Assembly: GCA_963778555.1 (NCBI GenBank)
Contig: CAVZUR010000005.1
Location: forward strand, 33,756-97,755
Reading direction: 5' to 3'
Source of the DNA: Candidatus Moraniibacteriota bacterium
GTDB lineage: Bacteria > Patescibacteriota > Minisyncoccia > Moranbacterales > UBA1568
Length of the DNA: 64,000 nt
Positions 9,391 to 18,879 of the stretch are shown here, in pieces. Positions within the stretch are counted from its first letter, which is position 1. The number at the start of each line of letters is the position of its first letter. The notes under the pieces are model-generated. The model saw only the letters and a list, made by a program, of their open reading frames with translations, searched no databases and had not been told where the DNA came from. The translations under genes and the position numbers were made by a program.

Positions 9391-10479
9391 ATGGTCATCC
9401 ATGGCATCTTGGCCTTGTGCTGGCGCCGATTTGTCGCCCTAGCACTCGGTCTCGGCACTTCATTCGCTGTGTTGGCGAATGTTGTGGTCTATCCGGTGAA
9501 AACCGGTGATACGCTCTCGGCCATCGCCGAGCGGTTCTGCGGCGATTATGTCGCGATTGCACGTGACAATGGCATCGTCGATCCAAACCGAATCTATGCC
9601 GATCGGACAGTTCTGCGAATCACGGACCGTTGCGTCCGTACCGCTCCATCCGCCCCCTCGGTCACAGCAAAATCAGCTGTTTCCCCGAGGGAGTTCGCCG
9701 CAGTGGGCAGGGCTTCTTTGGGAAAACAATCAATCACTCCCAAAGCTCAGCCTCAGCCGCGAGTCGTCACGCGCATCGCTTCGGCTACTCAGCCGTCCCG
9801 TCCCGTCGTCATCGATGATGACGCAACCAAGCCGCTTTCAGTCGCCCGCCACCGCGAAATCTATCGCATTGTTGCGCTCCGCAACATCGATGCGAAGGAT
9901 CGGACCAGGGCACAGAACGCGGAGCTGGCTCGGCTCACGGCGCTCATCCGCCAAGAAGTACTCGCTCGCTATCGGTTGCCGAATGCGGATTGCCTGTATG
10001 CCAAGAATGATGGTAATAACTGGCGTGAACAGACGCTCGCTCGAGTGCGCTGTATCCGGCAGAATTACGGTGCTGTCATCGATGAAGTGGCAGCGAGCAA
10101 TCGGCTCCCTGCCGCGTATCTCGAGGCGGTCATCTTCATTGAGTCGGGTGGACAGCCGGATGCCATCTCATCGACGGGCTGCACCGGATTGAAGCAATTC
10201 ACCCAAAGCTCGGCCAAACTCTTTGGTCTCAAGGATCGCTTCGATCCGTTCGAGAGCCTCCGCGCCGGTGGCCGGCATCTCGCGGACAATCTTCGATTGT
10301 GGAAGGGCAATGTCGCCCAGGCGACCGCTCACTACAACATCGGCTCAGTCGTCGTGGGTGCTAAAGGGTTCAATGCTCAGGCATTCCCGTACACGCAGAG
10401 CGTGCTCCAAGTCCAGCGGCTGATCGAAACCGATCGCCGCGTCGTTGGTCAGTATCGCTCAGCGGTCCGATCACTCTAG
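9391..10479 (+). CDS. Secreted LysM + lytic transglycosylase (SLT) protein
   Basis: Signal-like N-terminus; YPVKTGDTLSAIA..NGIVDPNRI (LysM); IESGG, GLKQF, AHYNIG (SLT motifs); AAGGAG SD. Confidence 0.85.
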   Translation: MVIHGILALCWRRFVALALGLGTSFAVLANVVVYPVKTGDTLSAIAERFCGDYVAIARDNGIVDPNRIYADRTVLRITDRCVRTAPSAPSVTAKSAVSPREFAAVGRASLGKQSITPKAQPQPRVVTRIASATQPSRPVVIDDDATKPLSVARHREIYRIVALRNIDAKDRTRAQNAELARLTALIRQEVLARYRLPNADCLYAKNDGNNWREQTLARVRCIRQNYGAVIDEVAASNRLPAAYLEAVIFIESGGQPDAISSTGCTGLKQFTQSSAKLFGLKDRFDPFESLRAGGRHLADNLRLWKGNVAQATAHYNIGSVVVGAKGFNAQAFPYTQSVLQVQRLIETDRRVVGQYRSAVRSL

Positions 10480-10529
10480 CCCGAACCGGGCACCATCCGA
10501 AGCGGGGCACTCGACCCCTCAAGGAAGCT

Positions 10530-10568
10530 AGCTCGTCATGCATGTTGCAGACGAGCTTTCATTTTTTT
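10530..10568 (+). terminator. Rho-independent terminator
   Basis: AGCTCGTC...GACGAGCT hairpin followed by a T-run. Confidence 0.75.
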
Positions 10569-10608
10569 ACTCTCGAAGGCGGGTCGGGCTCGCATGCTAC
10601 ACTTTTCC

Positions 10609-10772
10609 TAGAGCGTATTTCAAAAATAGTTTTGTAACGCTTTGCTGGTGTTTTCGAGCGAAACATCTAGGGATTGAGGAGGGCTACCGAGTGGTAACCC
10701 GACGAAATCCATGGATGGTGCAGCCGAAAACGACGGAAAGTAAGTCAAAGATTATTTTTGAGATAGGCTCTA
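10609..10772 (+). ncRNA. Candidate rod-shaped ncRNA (6S-like or novel)
   Basis: End-to-end pairing over 164 nt with G-U pairs on the + strand; extended -10 TGcTACACT at 10595-10603. Confidence 0.55.
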
Positions 10773-10775
10773 AAT

Positions 10776-11501
10776 ATGGAATACCGATTTACTGGCATTA
10801 TGCTGCGGAAGCGCGAAGTAGGCGAGACGGACCGTTTTTATACTTTTTTCTCCCGCGAACAAGGCAAAGTGACCGCTATCGCCAAGGGCGTTCGAAAAGC
10901 CGAGGCGAAATTGGCGAGTTCACTCGAGACAGCGACCCTGGCCGAGATCATGGTGGCGCGAACGCGCGGAGTCGGGAAAATCACCGGCGCCGTGCTTGAG
11001 GAATCATATCCGGCAGTCCATCGCTCATACGAGTGCATTCGCGGCCTAACGCGTTTCTTCTCGGATGTTGATCGGCTTGTCGAAGCAGAAGAGAAGGATG
11101 AAATTCTTTTCATGTTGCTCAAAACATATTTAGAAACGGCCGAACATCTCATCGCAGACGGAAAAGCCATCCAACAGAACCGGATTCTAACTGAGGCGAC
11201 ATACTACCAGCTCTTCGCACTGCTCGGCTATCAGCTGGAACTGTCCGTTTGCGTCATCTCGCATGAGCGTCTCCGTTCTGGCGACCGGTTTTTCGTCAGC
11301 TTGGAAGCTGGCGGTATTGTTTCAGAAGCGCACGTGCGGGATGTGAGAGACGCACAGCCCGTGTCGGAGAACGCGATTAAAGCCCTCCGGCTCATGGTGC
11401 GAGAGCCGCTGCAACATATCCCGAAAATCGTCGTTGATGACAAAACACTTGAGGAGATTTCCCGACTTCGGACCATGTATCGTCGTTGGATCCGCGAGTA
11501 A
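10776..11501 (+). CDS. recO: DNA repair protein RecO
   Basis: GIMLRKREVGETDR..FSREQGKVTAIAKGVRK OB-fold signature. Confidence 0.92.
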   Translation: MEYRFTGIMLRKREVGETDRFYTFFSREQGKVTAIAKGVRKAEAKLASSLETATLAEIMVARTRGVGKITGAVLEESYPAVHRSYECIRGLTRFFSDVDRLVEAEEKDEILFMLLKTYLETAEHLIADGKAIQQNRILTEATYYQLFALLGYQLELSVCVISHERLRSGDRFFVSLEAGGIVSEAHVRDVRDAQPVSENAIKALRLMVREPLQHIPKIVVDDKTLEEISRLRTMYRRWIRE

Positions 11502-11557
11502 AGAGCTTTCATGCGGCCTCGGGCTCTGATAAGATAGAGAAAAACACACACCCTGCT

Positions 11558-13498
11558 ATGTCACTTGCGGATATCAATGAGGAAATTCATCGCCGCAGCC
11601 GCGAGACTGAGGCAGTCGCTCCTGGTGAAGCGCCGCGGTCAGCGCCGCCGTCGATTATGCCGCCGACGTCGTCGGAACCGATTCCCGAAGTGCCGCTGGG
11701 CGTTGCCTGGGGCGGCCAAGAGAAGCACGATGAACCGGTTGCGCCGGGCCTGAAGCTGCGCAATCCTTTTTCCCGACTGCCGAAAAAGATCGCATTGATA
11801 CTTGGTGGCGTGGCGATCCTCGCGGTCAGCGCCACCCTCCTGTTCAAGGGTGGAAGCTGGCTGTTTGTCCCAGAGAACGTCAAGGTGACTATCGAAGGAC
11901 CGAAACGTGTGGAAAGTAATGCGACCGCTGAGTACCTGATCCGGTATGAGAATAACAACTGGGTCGACCTTACGGATGCGGAACTTATCATCAGCTATCC
12001 CGAGATGTTTCACCTGGCCCCGATGGAGGGTCTCGAGGTAAGCGCTTCGCGCGCCGTTCTCACACTCGGGACTGTGAAAAAGTCGAGTCTGAATAGTCTC
12101 GTGCTCAAGGGTTCATTCCAATCGCTACAGGATCAGGTCGCACTTTTTACGGCTACTTTGCGTGCCGCACCCGAAGGTGTCGAGAGTCGAATCGATGCCA
12201 GCTATCAATACAGCGTCGCTATCGAAAGTTCGGCTCTTGTAGTCGAGCTCGTGGCACCATCGCAAGCGGGCGATGGTCAATTTGTCGACTATGTCGTAAC
12301 GTATCGCAATGAGAACACCGAGCGTATCGACAATCTCGAGCTGCGCCTCGACTATCCCTCAGGATTTACAGCCGCCGATCCGAGCGTACCGCCGGTACGG
12401 GGAGACAATGCTTGGAGTATCAGCGGGCTTGATCCGGGGGAGTCAGGTGTGATTACTATCCGCGGAACAATGGCCGGTGCTCAGGGCGACGTCAAGCGGG
12501 TCAAGGCGAGACTAGGCATTCCGCAGGGCGACGGGACACTTCTCTCGTATGCCGAAATCGAGCGCCAGACACGGGTTGTCGCCTCGCCGCTGGTGATTTT
12601 CCAAAAGATAGGGACGGAGGAAAAGAAATCCGTCTTACCAGGCGAGCGGATTCCCTATCGTCTCGTGTTCCGGAATGACGGCGATGTTGGATTGCGCGAC
12701 CTGATCGTCACCGTGGATCTTGATCCGGCATATTTCGACGTCAGTGAGATCGACCTCGGCGATGGAGGAAATTATAATAGCGCGAAAAAGCAGGTCATCT
12801 TCCGCGCGTCCGACCGGAAGGTACTCTCGCTCATCGAGCCGGGCCGGAGTGGAGATATCAGTTTTTCCATCCCGGTTCGTTCTGATCTGGTGGGCTTTCG
12901 GATGAATAATATCGAACTTGAATCGATTGCACGGATCGATAGTCCCGATGTGCCGACGCCAATCGGCGCCAACAAGATTGTTGGTAGCAACCGGATTGCC
13001 TTCAAGGTGAAGACGGATCCGGTGCTCCAGCTCCAGGGCTATCACTTCGATAGTCATGGCAATATCGGACCGGTGCCCCCAATTGTTGGGCAGGAGACTA
13101 CCTATACGCTATTATTGCGCGTCGGGAGCACATTCAACGCGATCGATGACGCGCGTGTTGTGCTCGCGATCCCCGGCCAGGTACGCTACCTAAAGACGCA
13201 TGCGGTCGGCCAGGGAGCAGTCGTGTATAATGATCGGACTGGTGAAATTGCCTGGAATATCGGCACCCTTCCGCCCGGTACGGATCGGCTGACTGAGCTC
13301 GCCATTCAGGTTGGGTTTACGCCTGATCCGAGCCAGGTTGGCGCTGAGGCGAAGATTGTAAACTCAGCTACCTTCACTGGCCGAGACCTCTGGACTGAGG
13401 AGGCGGTTTCAAAAAATCTTCCGAGCAAGAATATCCGGTTCTCCGAAGATCCTCAATTGATGGATCTCCGCGGGGGCGAAGTCCAGAAGGCGATCTGA
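11558..13498 (+). CDS. Membrane-anchored protein with repeated Ig-like (DUF11-like) domains
   Basis: One TM after a Pro-rich N-terminus; repeated Y-x-I/V-x-Y-x-N and W-x-I-x-x-L-x-PG motifs. Confidence 0.7.
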   Translation: MSLADINEEIHRRSRETEAVAPGEAPRSAPPSIMPPTSSEPIPEVPLGVAWGGQEKHDEPVAPGLKLRNPFSRLPKKIALILGGVAILAVSATLLFKGGSWLFVPENVKVTIEGPKRVESNATAEYLIRYENNNWVDLTDAELIISYPEMFHLAPMEGLEVSASRAVLTLGTVKKSSLNSLVLKGSFQSLQDQVALFTATLRAAPEGVESRIDASYQYSVAIESSALVVELVAPSQAGDGQFVDYVVTYRNENTERIDNLELRLDYPSGFTAADPSVPPVRGDNAWSISGLDPGESGVITIRGTMAGAQGDVKRVKARLGIPQGDGTLLSYAEIERQTRVVASPLVIFQKIGTEEKKSVLPGERIPYRLVFRNDGDVGLRDLIVTVDLDPAYFDVSEIDLGDGGNYNSAKKQVIFRASDRKVLSLIEPGRSGDISFSIPVRSDLVGFRMNNIELESIARIDSPDVPTPIGANKIVGSNRIAFKVKTDPVLQLQGYHFDSHGNIGPVPPIVGQETTYTLLLRVGSTFNAIDDARVVLAIPGQVRYLKTHAVGQGAVVYNDRTGEIAWNIGTLPPGTDRLTELAIQVGFTPDPSQVGAEAKIVNSATFTGRDLWTEEAVSKNLPSKNIRFSEDPQLMDLRGGEVQKAI

Positions 13499-13529
13499 TG
13501 GCTGATCGATATATAACGAGAGAGGAAAT

Positions 13530-14642
13530 ATGGCCGGTTGGAGCGTTTCGAGAAAAATAATCGTGCAGACGAGAAACGGCGCCGTACGGACGCCGGTTTT
13601 CATGCCCATCGCGACGCGCGGCGCAGTGAAGCATCTCACGACGGATGAGCTTCTTGCGTTGGGTGCAGAAATCGTCCTCGGCAATACCTATCACCTGTGG
13701 CTGCGGCCGGGCGACGAGCTCATCGCGCGGGCCGGCGATCTCCACTCGTTCATGCGTTGGAATGGTCCTATCCTGACCGACTCCGGCGGCTTTCAGGTCT
13801 TTTCTCTTGGAGCGCGCGCCGCCGAGCGTTTTGGGAAAAACGGCGTAAAGCTTTCCGAAGAAGGTGTCGCGTTCCAGGACCCGACGAATGGCAATGGTTA
13901 TTTCCTTTCGCCAGAAAAATCGATTGATATCCAGCTCAATCTCGGATCGGACATCATGATGGTCCTGGACGAATGTCCGCCGTATCCCTGCACCAGAGAG
14001 TATGCGCTTTCATCGCTTGAGCGGACCATGCGTTGGGCGGCCCGGGCGAAAGCACATTTCGAAAAACGCGTCATCGAGCTCAGCCTGCAAGAGAAGCGAC
14101 CGCTGCTCTTCGGGATTGTCCAAGGGTCGGTCTATCCGGAACTCCGAGAACAGAGCGCACGCGGGCTTGTCGCAATCGGTTTCGACGGTTATGCCATCGG
14201 CGGCGTGGCAGTGGGCGAGCCGCGCGAAACCTTGCCCGCTGTCCTTGCGGCGACATTGCCATTTCTACCGGAGGACAAGCCGCGCTATCTGATGGGTCTC
14301 GGCCGACCGGAGGAGATCGTCGCGGCCGTCCGGGCCGGGGTGGATATGTTCGATTGCGTCATCCCGACGCGCGAAGGGCGGCATGGCCGGCTTTTCTATT
14401 GGACGGGGACGCCGCTCGATACGAACGGGAGTTTCTATTCGACGAAGAATCTGACGAGCGATGAGTTCCGCGAGGACTTCTCACCGATTGACGCCGACAG
14501 CCCGGTTATTGCGCTTCGTGAATACTCCAAAGCCTATCTCCGTCATCAGTTCGCGATGGCTGAACCCTTGGCGGGACGTCTCGCCACGCTTCACAATCTG
14601 GCTTTCTATCTCGGTCTCATGCAAAAGCTTCGGGAGGAATAA
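13530..14642 (+). CDS. tgt: tRNA-guanine transglycosylase
   Basis: TPVFMP, NTYHL, DSGGFQ, GIVQG, DCVIPTR. Confidence 0.95.
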   Translation: MAGWSVSRKIIVQTRNGAVRTPVFMPIATRGAVKHLTTDELLALGAEIVLGNTYHLWLRPGDELIARAGDLHSFMRWNGPILTDSGGFQVFSLGARAAERFGKNGVKLSEEGVAFQDPTNGNGYFLSPEKSIDIQLNLGSDIMMVLDECPPYPCTREYALSSLERTMRWAARAKAHFEKRVIELSLQEKRPLLFGIVQGSVYPELREQSARGLVAIGFDGYAIGGVAVGEPRETLPAVLAATLPFLPEDKPRYLMGLGRPEEIVAAVRAGVDMFDCVIPTREGRHGRLFYWTGTPLDTNGSFYSTKNLTSDEFREDFSPIDADSPVIALREYSKAYLRHQFAMAEPLAGRLATLHNLAFYLGLMQKLREE

Positions 14643-14677
14643 GAAAAGCCCGCTGTCCGGTTAGAGAGAGCGGGCTT
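14641..14677 (-). terminator. Terminator between tgt and the convergent orphan operon
   Basis: AAGCCCGCT...AGCGGGCTT hairpin with an A-run on the left (U-tract on the - strand). Confidence 0.7.
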
Positions 14678-14698
14678 GCTGAGCGGCTGAAGCGCGGT

Positions 14699-15061
14699 TC
14701 AGGCCGGTGTTCGTTCACGGGCGTTGAGAGCCAGCATGTTGCCAGTCAGCGTCCGAAGGAGCGTGATGCGAAAGGCACGCATCTCGGCCTCTGTAGACGA
14801 AACAGGTGCGGCGCTCGTCATGCAATCCACGAGCGAGTCGGTGAGTCGCCGCGCTTCTTCTTCGAAGAGCGTGGCGAGGCCGGTGTCGTTTTTGTGTTTG
14901 AGGTGCTCGCGCAGGCGAGGAATCGTGTCCAGGAAATGGATGCCAGCAATCTGCTCCACCAGCGTCCAGGGGATTTCGATTCGTTCCGTCACGAGTTTCC
15001 GGAGATGGACGACGGCCTTTTTTGGGTCGTCGATTCGGTCGTACGAGGGATATACGTTCAT
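14699..15061 (-). CDS. Hypothetical protein (orphan operon gene 4)
   Basis: 120 aa; CAGGAG SD. Confidence 0.65.
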   Translation of the reverse strand: MNVYPSYDRIDDPKKAVVHLRKLVTERIEIPWTLVEQIAGIHFLDTIPRLREHLKHKNDTGLATLFEEEARRLTDSLVDCMTSAAPVSSTEAEMRAFRITLLRTLTGNMLALNARERTPA

Positions 15062-15074
15062 GGCGGTCTCCTGG

Positions 15075-15461
15075 TTACACGAGGGCGAAATCGATTTTGA
15101 CCTTTACGGTCGCCAGCGTCTCCATCAGCTGGATGAGCGCGTCCCAGCGCCGGAATTTTTCTCCGGCACGGATACTCCCAATGCCGCCGTGTTTCATGCT
15201 GGCTACGAAAGCGGCCTTCTCTTTTTCTGTCATGGCCAGCAGCTCTCGCCTCGCCGCCACGACGGCACCGAGCTGCGCATACAGCATGAGGAACACGGGT
15301 GTTTTTCCCGGCCCCATGAATTCCGGGATGATGTATTCCCGGACCAATCCGAGCCAATGGAAGGCCCCGATCCGTTCGCCCTGTGAGGTTCTCATCCTGA
15401 GAATCTCGAGGTGCATTTGCAGCTCCTCGCAGGGATGATGTGTCGTTTCGGCAGTTGTCAT
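15075..15461 (-). CDS. Hypothetical protein (orphan operon gene 3; starts MTTAETTHH)
   Basis: GGAG SD; ATGA overlap with the upstream gene. Confidence 0.65.
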   Translation of the reverse strand: MTTAETTHHPCEELQMHLEILRMRTSQGERIGAFHWLGLVREYIIPEFMGPGKTPVFLMLYAQLGAVVAARRELLAMTEKEKAAFVASMKHGGIGSIRAGEKFRRWDALIQLMETLATVKVKIDFALV

Positions 15462-15898
15462 GTGGATCTCCGAGTGAAGGGAAGGTGGAATTCGGTTCGG
15501 ACGAACCGAGAGGGGAGGCAGTAGCGCGACAGGATGTGGATGCTCTCGGCGAGACAGAGGGCGAGAAAGGCGATGAGGCCGATCGTCAGACCGATGCCGA
15601 ATGCGAGCGCCCACTGCCCGAGAGTGTCCGATGGTACGAGCGGGGCGATGGTACGGAACCACAGTCTGAACCAGGGCGCTACCGGGAGATGGAGCGTGAG
15701 ATAGATCACGAGGATAGCTGCCAGCCATCCGGGCTCGCACTCGTCTGTCGTGTGTCTCGGTTGCGGCTGAGCGGCAGGCCCTGGTGGCCACAACACGATA
15801 CCGCTCCGGATAACCAGAGTGGAAACGAGGGCGCTGCCGATGATGAGCACCCAGCCGAGGGTGGTGTACTCGAATGCAGGAGCGATTTCGTTGCTCAT
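15458..15898 (-). CDS. Hypothetical membrane protein, about 3 TM (orphan operon gene 2; starts MSNEIAP)
   Basis: GAGGT SD; ATGA overlap; hydrophobic segments. Confidence 0.65.
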   Translation of the reverse strand: MSNEIAPAFEYTTLGWVLIIGSALVSTLVIRSGIVLWPPGPAAQPQPRHTTDECEPGWLAAILVIYLTLHLPVAPWFRLWFRTIAPLVPSDTLGQWALAFGIGLTIGLIAFLALCLAESIHILSRYCLPSRFVRTEFHLPFTRRST

Positions 15899-16107
15899 GA
15901 GACCACCTCGTCGTTTCGCCATTCGTGGCGGCAGTCGAGACAGCCGTAGAGCGGACTGTGCAGCAGGGCAAAACGGATCATATCCGTGTTGAGGCTCCGG
16001 CAGGCCGGGCAGGCCGTATCCGGGCACCAAGCGCGCCAGAAACCGTACAGGACTGCCAGCGCGATGAGGAGAGCGATACCTGGGCCGATGTACGACATGA
16101 GATTCAT
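15895..16107 (-). CDS. Small membrane protein with a zinc-ribbon (CPACR...CLDCR)
   Basis: AAGGAG SD; N-terminal TM; two CxxC motifs. Confidence 0.7.
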   Translation of the reverse strand: MNLMSYIGPGIALLIALAVLYGFWRAWCPDTACPACRSLNTDMIRFALLHSPLYGCLDCRHEWRNDEVVS

Positions 16108-16210
16108 GTGGACTCCTTGTGTTGGTGTAGGGACTTGAGTTGAAGAAACTGCCTAAACAGGCTAGGATAGCCTAAGAATACGCAGCGTTGGATTGTTAAA
16201 GAATTCTATT

Positions 16211-16239
16211 ATCCTACACGTTTTACTTGGTATTGTCAA
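16211..16239 (-). promoter_or_regulatory. Sigma70 promoter of the orphan operon
   Basis: TTGACA-17 nt-TAGGAT on the - strand. Confidence 0.65.
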
Positions 16240-16257
16240 GTCTCAGCGCTCGAAACT

Positions 16258-17595
16258 ATGTCTGAAAAACAAGCTGGTCTGATGGAAAAAATCATCTCGC
16301 TCTGCAAGCGGCGCGGTTTCGTGTTTCCGGGAAGCGAGATCTATGGTGGGTTGGCGAACAGCTGGGACTACGGTCCCTATGGAGCACAGCTGAAAAAGAA
16401 CATCAAAGACCATTGGTGGAAGTTCTTCGTTGAGTCTCGCGATGACATGGTCGGCCTCGACGCGGCCATCATCATGAATCCGAAAGTCTGGGAGGCGAGC
16501 GGGCATGTCGCTAACTTCACTGACCCTTTGGTGGAGTGTAAAAAATGCCACCACCGTTTTCGTGCTGACCAGATTGATATCTCAAAAGATTGTCCAGACT
16601 GTAAAGGGGAGCTGACTGAGCCGAAGCAGTTCAATATCCTCATGAAGACGTTTTTGGGTGCGGTCGAAGACTCCAAGGAGGTGGCTTATCTTCGTGGAGA
16701 AACTGCTCAAGCCATGTTCATCGATTTCCCAGCGGTTCAGCAGATGAGCCGGAAAAAGTTGCCCTTTGGCGTGGCGCAAAGCGGCAAAGCATTCCGGAAT
16801 GAGATCACGCCGGGCAATTTCATCTTCCGGACGCGCGAATTCGATCTGATGGAATTCGAATATTTCTTTGATCCGAAGAAGTCAGATTGGAAGGAGCTTT
16901 TCGAAAAATGGAAGACAGAGATGGAGATGTGGATGGAGGTTGTGGGCATCGATGTGGCCAAGACGCACGCCGTTGATATTCCAGACGGGGAGCGCGCGCA
17001 TTACTCCAAGCGCACCATCGATTTTGAATTTGACTACCCGTTCGGACAGAAAGAACTGTTTGGCCTCGCGTATCGCGGTGACTATGATCTGGAACAGCAT
17101 GAGAAGGCGAGTGGACAAGAACTTCACTATCTCGATCCAGATACGAATGAGAAAGTCCGTCCGCATGTCATCGAGCCGGCATTCGGAACCGATAGGGCAA
17201 TGCTCGCCATTCTTCTCTCGGCCTTTGAGGAGCAGCCGCTCGATGGTGATGACGTTCGTACTGTACTTCATCTCAAGCCTGCCATCGCTCCGGTACAGGT
17301 GGCAGTATTTCCACTCATGAAAAACAAGCCCGAGCTCGTCGCCAAGGCGCGTGAGGTGTACGATATGCTCCGCCAGACATTCCGTGTCGAGTTTGATGAC
17401 AATGGCAATGTGGGCAAGCGCTATCGCCGTCAGGACGAAATTGGAACCCCGTACTGCGTCACCGTTGATTTCGATACGCTCGGTGAAAATCCTGAGCTCG
17501 CCGGCACCGTCACCGTCCGCGATCGCGATAGCATGAAACAAGAACGAGTGAAGATCGAAGACCTCACTGAATTTTTCCAGACTAACCTGAAATAA
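16258..17595 (+). CDS. glyQS: Glycine--tRNA ligase (alpha2 type)
   Basis: IYGGLANSWDYGP, LRGETAQ, FRNEITP, FRTREF, YRRQDEIGTP. Confidence 0.95.
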   Translation: MSEKQAGLMEKIISLCKRRGFVFPGSEIYGGLANSWDYGPYGAQLKKNIKDHWWKFFVESRDDMVGLDAAIIMNPKVWEASGHVANFTDPLVECKKCHHRFRADQIDISKDCPDCKGELTEPKQFNILMKTFLGAVEDSKEVAYLRGETAQAMFIDFPAVQQMSRKKLPFGVAQSGKAFRNEITPGNFIFRTREFDLMEFEYFFDPKKSDWKELFEKWKTEMEMWMEVVGIDVAKTHAVDIPDGERAHYSKRTIDFEFDYPFGQKELFGLAYRGDYDLEQHEKASGQELHYLDPDTNEKVRPHVIEPAFGTDRAMLAILLSAFEEQPLDGDDVRTVLHLKPAIAPVQVAVFPLMKNKPELVAKAREVYDMLRQTFRVEFDDNGNVGKRYRRQDEIGTPYCVTVDFDTLGENPELAGTVTVRDRDSMKQERVKIEDLTEFFQTNLK

Positions 17596-17608
17596 CTGAG
17601 AACTGATT

Positions 17609-18877
17609 ATGAATTACAAGAAACACACGCTCAAAAACGGGCTTCGCATTATCCTCGCGCCGATGCATGAGACGGAGACGGTGACGGTGCTCGTCATGAC
17701 GGGAGTAGGGAGTCGCTATGAGACGCGTCGGGAAAACGGCCTGGCACATTTCCTCGAGCATATGTTCTTCAAGGGGACGACGAAGCGTCCGACGGCGCTC
17801 GATATTTCCAAGGAGCTCGATGCGGTTGGGGCCGAATACAATGCCTATACTGGTAAAGACCGGACCGGTTACTATGCGAAAGTCGAAGCGCGCCATGCCG
17901 ACATCGCGCTCGATGTCGTCTCGGATATTTTCATGAATGCGAAAGTTGAGCAGGCCGAGATTGACCGCGAACGCGGCGCCATCATGCAGGAGATCAACAT
18001 GTACGAGGATATGCCGATGCGCCACATCAATGATTTGTGGGAGCTCCATCTCTATGGCGACACTCCTTTGGGTTGGGAAATCGTCGGACCCAAGTCGAAT
18101 ATCAAGCGGTTCAAACGCGTCGACTTTATGAAGTATCTCGCGCGCGGCTATGTGGCGGGCAATGTCGTCGTCGGTGTCGCGGGGAAAATGGATCCAAAGA
18201 AAATGAAGCGTGAGATCGAAAAGCGCTTCGCGCATATACGGCGTGGCAAAAAACCGACATTCAAGAAAGCGTCGGACAAGCAATCCGTACCGGGCGTCTT
18301 TCTCCAGCACAAAAAAACCGATCAGACCCATCTCCTTCTAGGGGTACGGACCTTCGACATGAATCACCCCGATCGGCACGCGCTCTCCGTCTTGGCGACC
18401 ATCTTGGGTGGTGGCATGTCATCGCGGCTTTTCCTGTCGGTCCGGGAGCGCCGCGGCCTCGCCTACAGCGTCCATACCTCGGCGGACAGCTATCATGATG
18501 CAGGTTACCTCGCGACGCAGTGCGGCGTGGAGCACGAGAATCTGGAGAAAACGATCGATGTTATCCTCGACGAGTACAAGAAAATCGCGACAGAGAAAGT
18601 CGGTCCCGAGGAATTGACCAAGGCCAAGGAATATATCAAAGGGAAGATCGCGATGGGGCTCGAGGGTTCAGACGATGTAGTAGAGTATCTCGTCAATCAA
18701 GAAACACTCAAAGGCAAGATCGTCTTACCGAAAGAACACGCCGCGAAGATCGATAAGGTAACGGCGGCTGATGTATTGCGAGTCGCGAAAGCCATCTTTG
18801 TGAATCAGAAACTTAACCTCGCCGTCGTCGGACCACATGCTCATCAAAAGGCGCTCGAGAAGTTGGTGAAACTCTAG
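17609..18877 (+). CDS. M16 (pitrilysin) family zinc peptidase
   Basis: HFLEH (inverted HxxEH), NAYT, LGGGMSSRLF..RERRGLAY. Confidence 0.93.
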   Translation: MNYKKHTLKNGLRIILAPMHETETVTVLVMTGVGSRYETRRENGLAHFLEHMFFKGTTKRPTALDISKELDAVGAEYNAYTGKDRTGYYAKVEARHADIALDVVSDIFMNAKVEQAEIDRERGAIMQEINMYEDMPMRHINDLWELHLYGDTPLGWEIVGPKSNIKRFKRVDFMKYLARGYVAGNVVVGVAGKMDPKKMKREIEKRFAHIRRGKKPTFKKASDKQSVPGVFLQHKKTDQTHLLLGVRTFDMNHPDRHALSVLATILGGGMSSRLFLSVRERRGLAYSVHTSADSYHDAGYLATQCGVEHENLEKTIDVILDEYKKIATEKVGPEELTKAKEYIKGKIAMGLEGSDDVVEYLVNQETLKGKIVLPKEHAAKIDKVTAADVLRVAKAIFVNQKLNLAVVGPHAHQKALEKLVKL

Positions 18878-18879
18878 TT

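Noticed and set aside
10538-10999. 153-aa ORF overlapping recO
   Set aside because: It crosses a terminator and the structured RNA candidate and overlaps recO out of frame; no recognisable motifs.
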